A DNA stretch of 32,000 nt from contig JAWBCC010000006.1 of assembly GCA_038823825.1 (NCBI GenBank), positions 1 to 32,000 of the forward strand, written 5' to 3'. Source of the stretch: Candidatus Hadarchaeales archaeon (GTDB lineage: Archaea; Hadarchaeota; Hadarchaeia; Hadarchaeales; Hadarchaeaceae). Under the pieces are notes generated by a model, which was not told the origin of the DNA, ran no database searches, and saw nothing but the letters and a program-made list of their open reading frames with translations. Position numbers and translations under genes: made by a program. Positions 1 to 10,088 of this stretch are shown piece after piece (position 1 is the first letter of the stretch; every line of letters starts with the position of its first letter).

Positions 1-1672
1 TAGTATCGTGGGCATAAACATACTTTCTGCCCGACAATATGTTTTCAGCGTAGCAAGCGGCTCCATTTGTCAAAAGTCCAGGCCAGGCCGCCATATTTTC
101 CCAGTTTTCCTCCGAGAACGAGCAGATCTCTGAGCGGAGGGACTTCGCACACATCGTTACCTGAATTGTTCTGAGATCCATACCAATATCTCGCACGACC
201 AGCGTAAACGTCTGCCATAAGTAAGGAGTCCATTCTCTCTCGCTGATAATCAAACTATCGACTGCTGGTGCATATGGGGCTGGAGACACCGAGGTGAGAC
301 CAGAGAGAATTTGTTGATTGTAGTAGGATTGGGTGGGCACTTCCTCAAACTCCAGCTCAAAACATTCGTACAGATTTGTACCGACGTTTGAAGAAAAGAA
401 ACTATCTCCTAAGTTTGTAAGGGAAGATCCATCCCAAATCAAGGCACCAAGTTTAAGCTCAGAGTTTAATCTTGCTCCTAAAATCTTCACTTCGTCAGGT
501 TTCCAGTTTAGATTTCGCCGGAGCTGAATCCAAGAATCTCCTCCGAAAGCTTCCACCGAAGATGAGGACGACCAGCCAAGACCCGGCTCCCATACCTTAT
601 ATTTGATGTCGCTGGTGGTTATATCGTCATAAACAAGTAAACATCTACCTCCGGTTGGTTCCCATTCCAAATCAAACGACCTTAAGTCATCATTTTCAAG
701 AGATGCCGTGTGTTCCGGGTGAACCTCCCAAGATGATCCGTTCCATAATGCTGTGTTCAGATCTTCGGCTCCATCCAGGATTCCCAACATTAGATTGTTC
801 GATCTCGGATCCGATTTTAGGACTAGGTGATATGCCGTGCCGTCCATCGCCGAAACCACCAGTTGCATAGAATTATCTCCTTCCCAACTCGTTCCTAACC
901 ATCTGCGGTATCTGAGATTGTCCGTGGCTTCGCCTACAACAAACATCGCATAACCGCTTTGACTCTCATATGCTACCGCCGCCGGTTGTTTTTCTGGATT
1001 CTCCGTATCATGCCAAAGCTGAACCTCATTCGTCCAAGCGCTTCCGTTCCATATCAAACCGATAGAGTTTTCCCCGCTGAGCGTGGCCACGAGCGCAATC
1101 TCGTTGGAATTTGGCTTGCTCGCCATCTGCATGTACCTGAAATAGCCCGATGATGTGATAGTGTCGTAGTAACTTTCCGCCGACCAATTAGAACCGTCCC
1201 ATATCCTATATCTAAACCTCCTAGGAGTAGTTGTTGCCCATACTAGAATCGCTCTACCGGAATTTTGCTCGTATGCTATGTCAAAGCACTTCGCTACCGC
1301 TTGGTATGAACCAACAAAAGCAAAATTGTTCCACACTTGCCACGTACTTCCAGTCCAGATATAAACATCCAGGTAAGCGTCATCACATAACACCACAACG
1401 ATTTTCTCATTTTCTCTCTCGGGGAGCGGACAGTATGCTACTCTAACCCATCTGATGGAGCTCCCGGCAGATGGGAGCTCTATCTCTTCACCCCAACTTG
1501 CTCCATCGTATGCTCTCATTTTTGGGATGTTTTCGCCCGCTCCAGAAACGGATCTATAGACGATCAGGGCTCCACTTCTTTTCAACGGATTCGATGGAGC
1601 GTGAACCACCCCTACATCGACTAAACCAATAATACAACATACCAACAAGACTAAAGCTAGATATTTTCTCAT
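1..1672 (-). CDS. Partial secreted/surface protein (at least 557 aa, C-terminus beyond window edge) with ~8 W-x-G-S-x-W repeats, beta-propeller-like
   Basis: Minus-strand frame is open from ATG at 1672 to base 1 with no stop. N-terminus MRKYLALVLLVCCIIGLVDVGVVHA looks like a signal peptide. Repeats: YDGASW, IWTGSTW, IWDGSNW, IWNGSAW, RWLGTSW, LWNGSSW, VWEPGLGW, IWDGSSL. Not in the ORF track because it has no stop inside the window. Confidence 0.85.
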   Translation of the reverse strand, partial: MRKYLALVLLVCCIIGLVDVGVVHAPSNPLKRSGALIVYRSVSGAGENIPKMRAYDGASWGEEIELPSAGSSIRWVRVAYCPLPERENEKIVVVLCDDAYLDVYIWTGSTWQVWNNFAFVGSYQAVAKCFDIAYEQNSGRAILVWATTTPRRFRYRIWDGSNWSAESYYDTITSSGYFRYMQMASKPNSNEIALVATLSGENSIGLIWNGSAWTNEVQLWHDTENPEKQPAAVAYESQSGYAMFVVGEATDNLRYRRWLGTSWEGDNSMQLVVSAMDGTAYHLVLKSDPRSNNLMLGILDGAEDLNTALWNGSSWEVHPEHTASLENDDLRSFDLEWEPTGGRCLLVYDDITTSDIKYKVWEPGLGWSSSSSVEAFGGDSWIQLRRNLNWKPDEVKILGARLNSELKLGALIWDGSSLTNLGDSFFSSNVGTNLYECFELEFEEVPTQSYYNQQILSGLTSVSPAPYAPAVDSLIISEREWTPYLWQTFTLVVRDIGMDLRTIQVTMCAKSLRSEICSFSEENWENMAAWPGLLTNGAACYAENILSGRKYVYAHDT

Positions 1673-1758
1673 CCAGCCCCAAGAAACTATCAAATGATGG
1701 AAATTAATATTTTTCGGTTCAGTCACAGAGAAAAGTAATGACTAAAGCTGGGATTTTT

Positions 1759-4700
1759 TTAACCAAATATCTTCGGGAGTACGACAAATTTCAAAACTGT
1801 AAACACTGCAACCAAGCCAATGATGATACTTACAATGATTACGGTCGGTATGGTCGACGTAGGCATTTCAGTTTTTATTACACTGATCGCTGTCGTAAGA
1901 CCGTCAACCGAAATTATGTGCTCACCTATTTCGTTTAACTGTAGCTGGAAGGTGATCGTCCTTCTTTGTCCTGCCTCAAGTGTTACTTTTCGATTGTCTT
2001 TCACTTCCCCATTTACCTTCAAAACTATCGTGTATTCACCAGAAGCTGTGCCGATGTTGGCGATGTCTACAAAAATTGTTACTTGTTCGCCCACTCTAAC
2101 ATTTTCTTTCGAAAGTCTTAGGTTTTCAACAATGAAGCGCGGAATCGGGACCAACTGCACTTCTACCAAATGCTCAACTGTTTGAGAAACGTTTCCCGCA
2201 GCGTCCCTCCCCCTCACAGAAATCCGGTGAAAACCGATGTCCACCTCTGCCGAGAAAGTGAAAGAAATGCTTTGCGCCGGGGTTATGTTCTCTATGCTTA
2301 TCCAATCACCGTTATCTATGCTGTATTCGATTGCCACTACGTACGTTGTATTGTCTCTGGCTTCACCAGCATAAACTAGCAGATTATCATATGTTACATC
2401 AGGCGGCGTTTGCGTTAGGTAAACAACTGGTGGAGTCGTGTCGATTATTATGCTGTAAATGCTTGAAATAATCTCACCAAAATCTCCAAAGAGGATAATC
2501 TTCCACCAATATTTTCCATCAGTAAGCGGAAGTGGTGTGTAAGAGGTTTCCCCCGCCCCGAGCATGACGTCCACAACCAAATTGTCAAACTCTCGATCAG
2601 ATGCTATGAGCAATCTTGCGCCCGTGGCTCCCGATGGCATTTCCCACCTGAAAGTCGGCTGATTTCTAGATACTATGGTTCCATCCGGTGGGTATAGCGA
2701 TAGCGGTGTTCTCGAGAGTACATACATTTTCCCGGCCTCGGCAGAGAAAACACGAAGTCCTGATGAACTGTCATACATCATTACAACATCCTCGCCCGAG
2801 TCCGTTTTCACTTGAAATAGAGAGGAAACTTCACCTCCGAGACCACAGCGATAACTGCCTTCGAGTGCCAATAGTCTAAAGGTTATCTGATTGTTTTTCT
2901 GCAGTACCTCGGCCGGAGCATCGGTGTAGATAAAAAGATCATTGCCGATGGGGTGGAACTGAAGCAAAGCAAGTTCGGGAAGCATGCCGGCGCAGTACGG
3001 AGGTTGACTTATCGCTCCCAATTTCTCGTCTACTCTAGATATCCCAAAACCCTCAAGAGGGATGAACCAGTTCGGATTTACTGGCAGAGACCACTCCTTC
3101 GGTATCCCGGTGTAGATATTTGATTTGTCTGTATGGAATGGCGCAAGAGAATCTCTCGCAGACGTTCCTTTATATCGCAAAAGTTCTGAAGTAAGCTGTG
3201 CGGCTTCCGGCATCAGAACATCACGGCCTTCTTTGAGGTAAAGATAGAGATACTTTATGAGTGCCTGCTCTTCCCAACCATTGGCATATGAGAGGTTCGG
3301 CCTAGCACTAGTCAGGAGAAATATAATTCTATTTTCATAGTTTTGGACCCCCCAACGGAAATCCGGATTGAACAGCCAGGAATCCCTCAAAATCGTGGCG
3401 AGCGGTATGTATGAACCTTCCAGATAACGGAGATCTCCGGTTATTTCATAAAGTCTGAGTAAAGCCAGTGCTCCTATGGGTGTTGCAAAAAACTCGTATG
3501 AAAATTCAAATCCCATGTTCAGCAGAGCTTCGGCAGCTCTTTTCGCTTCGTTCAAAAATTCGATATTGTCCGTGAACTTATAGTAATAAAGCATTATGAA
3601 AATATATTGGCCAACAGCCTCAAATTGATACCCCCCATCTTCTATCGGAGCACTATTGTAGACATTCACGCGGAACGTAAATATGTAGTCGACGCCCCTT
3701 CCCAAATCCATAATGACGTCGGCTGTGTCAACAAACATACTCTTGACATTTTCGGAGCCAAAGTATTCAGCGTAAATCGCCCACTCGCAATAGTCGTAGA
3801 GAAAATGAACCGGCTCAACCGTTCCTCCCCCTCCGAAAATTCCTCGACTCCCTTTCGCATTCACGTAATTTGGATTGTATTTCCCTGCGATTATCCTCTC
3901 CGCGTTCTCCGTGAATTTTAAAGCATTCTCTGACTTGAATTTATCAGCATAAATGGAGTAGGAGGTAATGCCATAGGGGTGAAGACCACCACTTCTGCCG
4001 ATCTTAGCGAGTTCAGCGTTCTGTTCTTTGAGATCCCTTATGGAGTTCTCAACTACTCCGGGCCAATAAGTGTACACTGTCTGCGGTTTCTCAACTAGTT
4101 GGTAAATAGCATAAAGGTTTTTGATGAATATCTTCATGTACTCTATTGTACTGTAAACGCTCGGACATGCTGGATAAAGTGAAAAAATACCGTTGGAGAC
4201 CAACAGATTGAAGTTTTCCGGCAAGATTCCCTTGTTAGAGGGCACATCATAACCGAAGGTTATGGGCAACGTTTTGGATGTTCGGAAGAATCCTGGAGGT
4301 TGCCGAACTACGTCATTCGAATGGTGAGTGTAACCATCTATAACCGTGAAAAAGTTTCCAGAATATTGGAAGAACCTGTTCAGAGAGGTGAAGTCGCAGT
4401 AGTAAAGAAATGTAGATTTCAAAACTGTTGGGTCTCCAAAAAATATGAACTGATTTAGATCACGGCAGTATTCGTCGTGCAAGCCACCGCTCCAAGCGTT
4501 TGGAAGTCCATCGAGGTAATCTCTGAGTAAGGGATCTATGTTCGAGCCCGCGTTATCGGTATAACGGAACTCCGGATATACTCCGGAAAAGAAACTCTGA
4601 GAAATATTGGATGACGGTCTTATATACAGCCTATAATTGACTGTTCTCGGCAAATCCTTGGGAAGGATCACCTGAACCTCGTATTGACCCCAAGAGAGCG

Positions 4701-6513
4701 TGCCTACTATTTTCCCTGTTATAGCGTTTTCCATGTTTTCGACCGTAACTCCAAACACGTTAGACGGACTGAGCACTTGTAGGTATGGGTCCCCTCCACC
4801 AGGAACTAGCCTAAGAATCCTCGATGGTCCGGAGTTTTCGGGGTAAATTGAGATATATTCCTGAGATTTTCTGTACTCTATTATGTATTCACCTGTTCTG
4901 AAGGTGAAACCGTTTTCATCTTGATTGAGTACGTTCACATCTACTATCTCAAACATGAAAACCGGAGAGGGAGTTTTTCTTCCGGATTTTCCAACTGCAA
5001 GTACTTGCCAGCTGTGTGTACCTATCGAAAGCGGTTGAGTTGTGTATTCGGTCAAACCTGCTGGGGTGTTTTCAACATTTATTCCGTCAATCCAAATTTC
5101 ATAATGTGAAATTTCTTCGCCATCCGTTTTCGCATTTTCCCAAACTAGTTTCGGAGTTCTATTAGAGATTGTTCTTCCATTCCAGGGTGAAAGTAGATTA
5201 AACGGAGATGGTTTTGGCCTAGTGTCTACCCTAAACCAGCGAACCTCGGAGGGTGTTTCTCCATTATCATTTACTGATAGCAGACGCCAGTAGTATGTAC
5301 CATCGGATAAAGGTATCAGAGTCTGATAGTTACGCCGATCAGCATCTAGAGTCTCGCTGATGATTATCTCCGTAAAATCTTGGCTTGCTGAGATCTGCAG
5401 TACCTGACGTGAGGTGATTGGAGAGGGCGTCCATTCGAAACTGGGATTTCGTCCGGTTGTTTCCCCATTCATTGGAGATTTGAGAGTTGCTGGAGGAGGA
5501 GGTCCGGGCCACACTTCTTCAGATCCAACAGAGACCTGGGGCTCGGAACTCGAATACCTGCGGACAAAGAACCAGTCAAAGTGATAAGAAGAAGTGCCTC
5601 CACTATCCCAAACGGCTAGGTTGTATTTGTCGCAGTAGTTATTTGCGTCTGTCAGAGGGTTCCAATTGTTGGTTTTCTCAGAAGATACCCAGAGAATCTG
5701 TCTGTAGTTTTGATTGTCTTCGCCGAAAAGAAATCTCGTTCGAATTTTGTTATTTAAATAAAGGAAGACCTGTCCAATATACCATTTGCCCTGTTCCACA
5801 ATCGCTGGAGATTGCTCACCGTCGGAGAAAAAGCGAATTCCGGAAATATTATGAATGCAGGCATATTCTTTTTGACCACCAAAGTTTCCTGGACCGCTCA
5901 GAACAAGACCTCCACGGTAAGCAGATCTGGCTCTAACTCTGAACTCCAAGACGCGCTCGACAGACATTTCAGATGAGGGCGGTTTCTTTTCTATTTTTGT
6001 CATGGAATCTCCAAAATCGAAAAGTGTGACGTGCTCACCTCTCCAGCCCACGCCGAAGGTGTTCACAACTCCCCACGCCTTCCGGTTTCTGTAACCTCCA
6101 AAGTCGTCGAAGAAGAGGAAGACATCTTCACCGTTCTCCGCGCTCTCAGCGTTCTGGTTTCCGTAATACATCCAGATTTCGCTGTCTGAGTTCTCAAGCC
6201 TTCTCACCCAGACAACGTTTGTGTATTCTCCCTCGTTTTTTTCAATCCAGTAGGGAAGAATCCCTCCCGTTTCATTTTCCAAAAATCTCATGCTAGGATA
6301 TGCAATTTTGGGAATCTCTGGCGGAATGACGATTTTTATCTGGAAATTCTCCGGGTGAGAGCCACTTATTATAATTTTTCTTCTGTAGGGCCAGTTATCA
6401 TTCCACCAAGAGGGAGCCTGAGAATCCGAAGGGACCTCGGGAAAACAAATCGGCACGACTGAAAGCAGTATTATGAATGAAAGAGATAGGACAAAGATTC
6501 TGTGTGGCTTCAT
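1759..6513 (-). CDS. Large modular surface protein, 1584 aa: signal peptide, DUF2341-like domain, Fn3-like modules, central catalytic-like region, CARDB-like domain, C-terminal TM anchor
   Basis: N-terminus MKPHRIFVLSLSFIILLSVVPICF. 'WWNDNWPYRRKIIISG...' resembles DUF2341. Three modules with a P-x-N/D-G-x(4-6)-P-x-F/L-x-W signature. CARDB-like 'FIVENLRLSKENVRVGEQVTIFVDIANIGTASGEYTIVLKVNG'. C-terminal 'IPTVIIVSIIIGLVAVFTVLKFVVLPKIFG' is a TM segment. Confidence 0.85.
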   Translation of the reverse strand: MKPHRIFVLSLSFIILLSVVPICFPEVPSDSQAPSWWNDNWPYRRKIIISGSHPENFQIKIVIPPEIPKIAYPSMRFLENETGGILPYWIEKNEGEYTNVVWVRRLENSDSEIWMYYGNQNAESAENGEDVFLFFDDFGGYRNRKAWGVVNTFGVGWRGEHVTLFDFGDSMTKIEKKPPSSEMSVERVLEFRVRARSAYRGGLVLSGPGNFGGQKEYACIHNISGIRFFSDGEQSPAIVEQGKWYIGQVFLYLNNKIRTRFLFGEDNQNYRQILWVSSEKTNNWNPLTDANNYCDKYNLAVWDSGGTSSYHFDWFFVRRYSSSEPQVSVGSEEVWPGPPPPATLKSPMNGETTGRNPSFEWTPSPITSRQVLQISASQDFTEIIISETLDADRRNYQTLIPLSDGTYYWRLLSVNDNGETPSEVRWFRVDTRPKPSPFNLLSPWNGRTISNRTPKLVWENAKTDGEEISHYEIWIDGINVENTPAGLTEYTTQPLSIGTHSWQVLAVGKSGRKTPSPVFMFEIVDVNVLNQDENGFTFRTGEYIIEYRKSQEYISIYPENSGPSRILRLVPGGGDPYLQVLSPSNVFGVTVENMENAITGKIVGTLSWGQYEVQVILPKDLPRTVNYRLYIRPSSNISQSFFSGVYPEFRYTDNAGSNIDPLLRDYLDGLPNAWSGGLHDEYCRDLNQFIFFGDPTVLKSTFLYYCDFTSLNRFFQYSGNFFTVIDGYTHHSNDVVRQPPGFFRTSKTLPITFGYDVPSNKGILPENFNLLVSNGIFSLYPACPSVYSTIEYMKIFIKNLYAIYQLVEKPQTVYTYWPGVVENSIRDLKEQNAELAKIGRSGGLHPYGITSYSIYADKFKSENALKFTENAERIIAGKYNPNYVNAKGSRGIFGGGGTVEPVHFLYDYCEWAIYAEYFGSENVKSMFVDTADVIMDLGRGVDYIFTFRVNVYNSAPIEDGGYQFEAVGQYIFIMLYYYKFTDNIEFLNEAKRAAEALLNMGFEFSYEFFATPIGALALLRLYEITGDLRYLEGSYIPLATILRDSWLFNPDFRWGVQNYENRIIFLLTSARPNLSYANGWEEQALIKYLYLYLKEGRDVLMPEAAQLTSELLRYKGTSARDSLAPFHTDKSNIYTGIPKEWSLPVNPNWFIPLEGFGISRVDEKLGAISQPPYCAGMLPELALLQFHPIGNDLFIYTDAPAEVLQKNNQITFRLLALEGSYRCGLGGEVSSLFQVKTDSGEDVVMMYDSSSGLRVFSAEAGKMYVLSRTPLSLYPPDGTIVSRNQPTFRWEMPSGATGARLLIASDREFDNLVVDVMLGAGETSYTPLPLTDGKYWWKIILFGDFGEIISSIYSIIIDTTPPVVYLTQTPPDVTYDNLLVYAGEARDNTTYVVAIEYSIDNGDWISIENITPAQSISFTFSAEVDIGFHRISVRGRDAAGNVSQTVEHLVEVQLVPIPRFIVENLRLSKENVRVGEQVTIFVDIANIGTASGEYTIVLKVNGEVKDNRKVTLEAGQRRTITFQLQLNEIGEHIISVDGLTTAISVIKTEMPTSTIPTVIIVSIIIGLVAVFTVLKFVVLPKIFG

Positions 6514-6609
6514 GTATTTAATTTGTTGACATGTAAGTGTATAAAATCTTTTCGTCGAAAAGCTGTAAACGAATCTTCGAACAGAATAAATTCCGAGTAG
6601 TGTGAAAAA

Positions 6610-6619
6610 GTTTTAAAGT
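6610..6619 (+). promoter_or_regulatory. TATA-box-like element for the nrdD operon
   Basis: AGTTTTAAAG-type box about 35-40 nt upstream of the nrdD ATG at 6652. Confidence 0.45.
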
Positions 6620-6651
6620 GAATTGTTAAGACTTTTTCGAAGGTTGAGAAG

Positions 6652-8775
6652 ATGGTTGTAACTTACAGGAGCAAAGATAATATTGGTCTACCATCACTTC
6701 CTAAGAAAGTCAGAAAGAGAGGTGGACGGCTTCAGGATTTTGATCCTGAAAAAATCACACGGGGGATTTTCCGCGCCGCACAAGATGTAGGCGGAACTGA
6801 CAGAAGACTTGCCGAGATGATAACTCGAGAGGTTCTGGAAAAGCTTCCGAAAGAGGAGATAGTAGACACGAGAACAATTGGAGACATTGTTGAGAAAGTT
6901 CTAATAGAAAGAGGACATGCAAAAACAGCGAAAGCGTATATTCTCTATCGTAGACATAGAGAGGAGCTTCACCGTTTGAGATTAACATCGCTTGAGGTAG
7001 AGAGGCTAGTGGATGAGTATATTGGAAGAATAGATTGGCGAGTCAATGAAAACGCAAACGTTCCTGTATCTATGAGCGGCCTCGAACACCACGTGGCCGG
7101 AGTTGTTATCAGCAACTACACTTTATCGAGAGTATACCCGTTAGAGATATCTGATGCTCATGTGAATGGAGATTATCATATCCATGATCTTTATAGGGGG
7201 ATAACCGGATATTGCGCCGGTTGGAGTCTTCCAAAACTTTTGCAGGAAGGGTTTAACGGAGTTCCACACCGGGTGTCTTCAAAGCCGCCAAAACATCTTG
7301 ACACAGCACTTCTTCAGATGGTGAACTTCATTGGAACTCTTAGCAATGAGTGGGCTGGAGCAATGGCCTTTAACTCTGTCGACACTCTACTTGCTCCGTT
7401 TGTGAGAAAAGATAAACTCGATTATAAGCATGTTAAGCAAGCAATACAGACATTCGTGTTTAATTTGAACGTAACAACAAGATTTGGCGGTCAAACTCCA
7501 TTCACCAACATAACATTGGATTTAACGATTCCGGAAGATCTTGCTAACCAGCCCGCCATTGTTGGAGGCGAACCTTGGGAGCCCTATGGCGACTTCCAAG
7601 AGGAAGCAAACATGATTAACAGAGCTTTCTTGGAGGTTTTCATGGAAGGTGATGCGGACGGAAGACCGATGACATTTCCTATCCCAACTTATGGAATAAC
7701 TAAGGATTTCGAATGGGATTCCGATCTAGCCGATCTTCTGTTCGAAATGACTTCAAAATATGGACTGGCGTACTTCAGCAATTTCATCAGCTCGGATTTG
7801 CGACTGAGTGATGTTCGTTCTATGTGTTGTAGGCTTAGACTAGATCTAAGGGAACTAAGAAACAAGGTTGCTGGAGGTCTTTTCGGAGCGGCAGATGCTA
7901 CCGGTAGCGTTGGTGTTGTTACAATCAATCTTCCGAGAATTGGTTATCTCAGCAGAAACGAGGACGAGTTCTTTGAGAGACTGAGTTATATAATGGAGCT
8001 GGCGAAGAAATCGCTTGAGATAAAGCGCACGCTTGTGGAAAGAAATATGCAAAATGGGCTTCTTCCATATACCCTGAGATATCTTGGAACGCTCGAGAAT
8101 CACTTCTCCACAATAGGACTCGTCGGTATGCACGAGGCTTGCCTGAACTTGCTAGGAGTCGGAATAGACACACAGGAGGGGCATGAATTCGCGATAAAAG
8201 TTTTAGATTTCATGAGGGAGAGAATATCAGATTTTCAGGAAGAAACTGGCCATCTGTTTAACTTGGAAGCAACACCAGCTGAATCTACGTCTTACAGGCT
8301 GGCCCTTATCGACAAACAGAAGTATCCACAAATAAAAACCTCCGGATCTAAGACACCGTATTACACGAACTCTACACAACTCCCAGTCAACTATAAAATG
8401 ACTCTTGCAGAGGTCGTAAAGCATCAAGAGCCGCTGCAGGTTCGTTACACTGGAGGGACTGTGCTACATGTGTTTGTGGGTGAGGAAGCCCCAGACAAAA
8501 ACGGATGTAAGGTTTTAATCAGACGGATTTTCGAAAAGAGTAGATTACCTTATGTCACAATCACGCCAACGTTCTCGATATGTCCAGATCACGGATATAT
8601 GCGGGGAAAATATTATAACTGTCCCAAATGTGGAAAACAGGCAGAAGTTTACTCAAGAATTGTCGGTTATTTCAGACCTGTGCAAGATTGGAATGCGGGA
8701 AAGAAGGAAGAGTTCGAAGAAAGAAGTTACTACGACAGAAGAATCGAAGAAATCTCATCTAGAGTAGAGGTATAA
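6652..8775 (+). CDS. nrdD: Anaerobic (class III) ribonucleoside-triphosphate reductase with N-terminal ATP-cone
   Basis: ATP-cone-like N-terminus, 'SKTPYYTNSTQLPVNY', zinc-site cysteines 'CPDHGYMRGKYYNCPKCG', and glycyl radical region 'RIVGYFRPVQDWNAGKKEEFEERSYY'. Confidence 0.95.
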   Translation: MVVTYRSKDNIGLPSLPKKVRKRGGRLQDFDPEKITRGIFRAAQDVGGTDRRLAEMITREVLEKLPKEEIVDTRTIGDIVEKVLIERGHAKTAKAYILYRRHREELHRLRLTSLEVERLVDEYIGRIDWRVNENANVPVSMSGLEHHVAGVVISNYTLSRVYPLEISDAHVNGDYHIHDLYRGITGYCAGWSLPKLLQEGFNGVPHRVSSKPPKHLDTALLQMVNFIGTLSNEWAGAMAFNSVDTLLAPFVRKDKLDYKHVKQAIQTFVFNLNVTTRFGGQTPFTNITLDLTIPEDLANQPAIVGGEPWEPYGDFQEEANMINRAFLEVFMEGDADGRPMTFPIPTYGITKDFEWDSDLADLLFEMTSKYGLAYFSNFISSDLRLSDVRSMCCRLRLDLRELRNKVAGGLFGAADATGSVGVVTINLPRIGYLSRNEDEFFERLSYIMELAKKSLEIKRTLVERNMQNGLLPYTLRYLGTLENHFSTIGLVGMHEACLNLLGVGIDTQEGHEFAIKVLDFMRERISDFQEETGHLFNLEATPAESTSYRLALIDKQKYPQIKTSGSKTPYYTNSTQLPVNYKMTLAEVVKHQEPLQVRYTGGTVLHVFVGEEAPDKNGCKVLIRRIFEKSRLPYVTITPTFSICPDHGYMRGKYYNCPKCGKQAEVYSRIVGYFRPVQDWNAGKKEEFEERSYYDRRIEEISSRVEV

Positions 8776-8808
8776 ACTGTCAATATGAAGTAGTTCAGGG
8801 GACTTGGG

Positions 8809-9420
8809 ATGCTGCTGTCAGATAGAGACATTCTTGAAGAAATGAAAAACAAAAATATCATAATTGAACCGTTTGATCCTGCAAGATTGCAGCCGAATGG
8901 TTATGATATCTCTGTTGGTCCTGTCTATTACTGCCTGCGTCCAGATTTGGATGTTCTTTTTCCGTTTGATAAGGAGCTACTCGAGAAAGCTTTCGTGAGG
9001 AAAGTTGCGGAAACTAGAACGATTGAAGTTGGGGGGAAAAAGTTCCGCGGCAGGTTCATAGAGATTCCTCCACACGGATTTGTGCTCGCAGCGACCAGCG
9101 AGAGAGTCGGGACGAGAAATGGCGTAGTGGCATCGATACGCACGAGATCTTCTCTAGCGAGATGTGGGATTTGTGTAGTGAGGGGAGCAGGCTGGGGGGA
9201 TGTCGGGTTTGACGGTGTTTGGACAATAGAGATTCAGTCGGCGATAGACAAGACGTTTTACTTACCGGTCGGGTTGAGGGTTGGACAAATGGTTTTCTTC
9301 AAAACGAGAAGCCCGCCTCAAAACCCATATCAAGGAAAATATTCTGGATTTTCAGAGCCAGTTCTTCCATCACTTTACAAAGACAAAGAGCTGAGTAAAT
9401 TAGTGGAGGAAATAAAGTGA
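8809..9420 (+). CDS. dcd: dCTP deaminase (possibly bifunctional dCTP deaminase/dUTPase), 203 aa
   Basis: 'MLLSDRDILEEM...IEPFDPARLQPNGYDISVG' and 'RSSLARCGI...IEIQSA' are Dcd-family motifs. Confidence 0.92.
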   Translation: MLLSDRDILEEMKNKNIIIEPFDPARLQPNGYDISVGPVYYCLRPDLDVLFPFDKELLEKAFVRKVAETRTIEVGGKKFRGRFIEIPPHGFVLAATSERVGTRNGVVASIRTRSSLARCGICVVRGAGWGDVGFDGVWTIEIQSAIDKTFYLPVGLRVGQMVFFKTRSPPQNPYQGKYSGFSEPVLPSLYKDKELSKLVEEIK

Positions 9421-10088
9421 AGGTGGAGCTTCTGGCTTTCACACCAGACCCGGAGAAAATAGCAGCAGTGTCTGCAAGATCTTGTAGGTCGATGAAGAGT
9501 GCAAAGGAACTTTTGGAAAGCGAGAATGAGGAGAAGCTTCTAAAGGTTCTGAAAACATGTGTGGAGCTCGGACATACATCCGTTTTAGAACACGCTGTGT
9601 TCACTTTTTCCATATCTGGCATTTCGCGAGCTTGTACGCATGAGCTTGTTCGCCACCGGATAGCCAGTTATTCTCAACAGAGCCAGAGAACAGTAAAAAT
9701 GGAAAGCGATATTTATATCGTTCCACCAAGCGTCAGGGAAAAACCCGAGGCGATGGCTGTCTATCAAGAAGTGATGACGAAAGTGAAAGACGCATATTCA
9801 AAACTCGTGGAAATGGGAATTCCTCTTGAAGATGCGAGATACGTTTTAACAAATGCGACCCCAACGAACATCGTTGTGACAATGAATGCAAGATCTCTTC
9901 TGAATTTCTTCGAGCTGAGGTGCTGTTTGAAAGCACAATGGGAGATCAGAGAACTGGCGAACGAAATGTTGAGGCTTGTAAAGAAAATCGCGCCAAGAAT
10001 TTTTGAAAAAGCTGGACCGCCCTGCATAAGCAGAAAGACTTGTCCGTATAAAGATGAGAGTTGTCCAATGTTCAAGGTGACCCTTTGA
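9417..10088 (+). CDS. thyX: Flavin-dependent thymidylate synthase ThyX, 223 aa
   Basis: ThyX signature RHRxxSxxxxSxR is present as 'RHRIASYSQQSQR'. GTG start overlaps the dcd stop by 4 nt. Confidence 0.95.
   Translation: MKVELLAFTPDPEKIAAVSARSCRSMKSAKELLESENEEKLLKVLKTCVELGHTSVLEHAVFTFSISGISRACTHELVRHRIASYSQQSQRTVKMESDIYIVPPSVREKPEAMAVYQEVMTKVKDAYSKLVEMGIPLEDARYVLTNATPTNIVVTMNARSLLNFFELRCCLKAQWEIRELANEMLRLVKKIAPRIFEKAGPPCISRKTCPYKDESCPMFKVTL

Noticed and set aside
1738-3921. Small + strand ORFs (121 aa at 1820..2185, 104 aa at 3607..3921, others)
   Set aside because: Fully inside the minus-strand 1584-aa gene, with no independent family signal.
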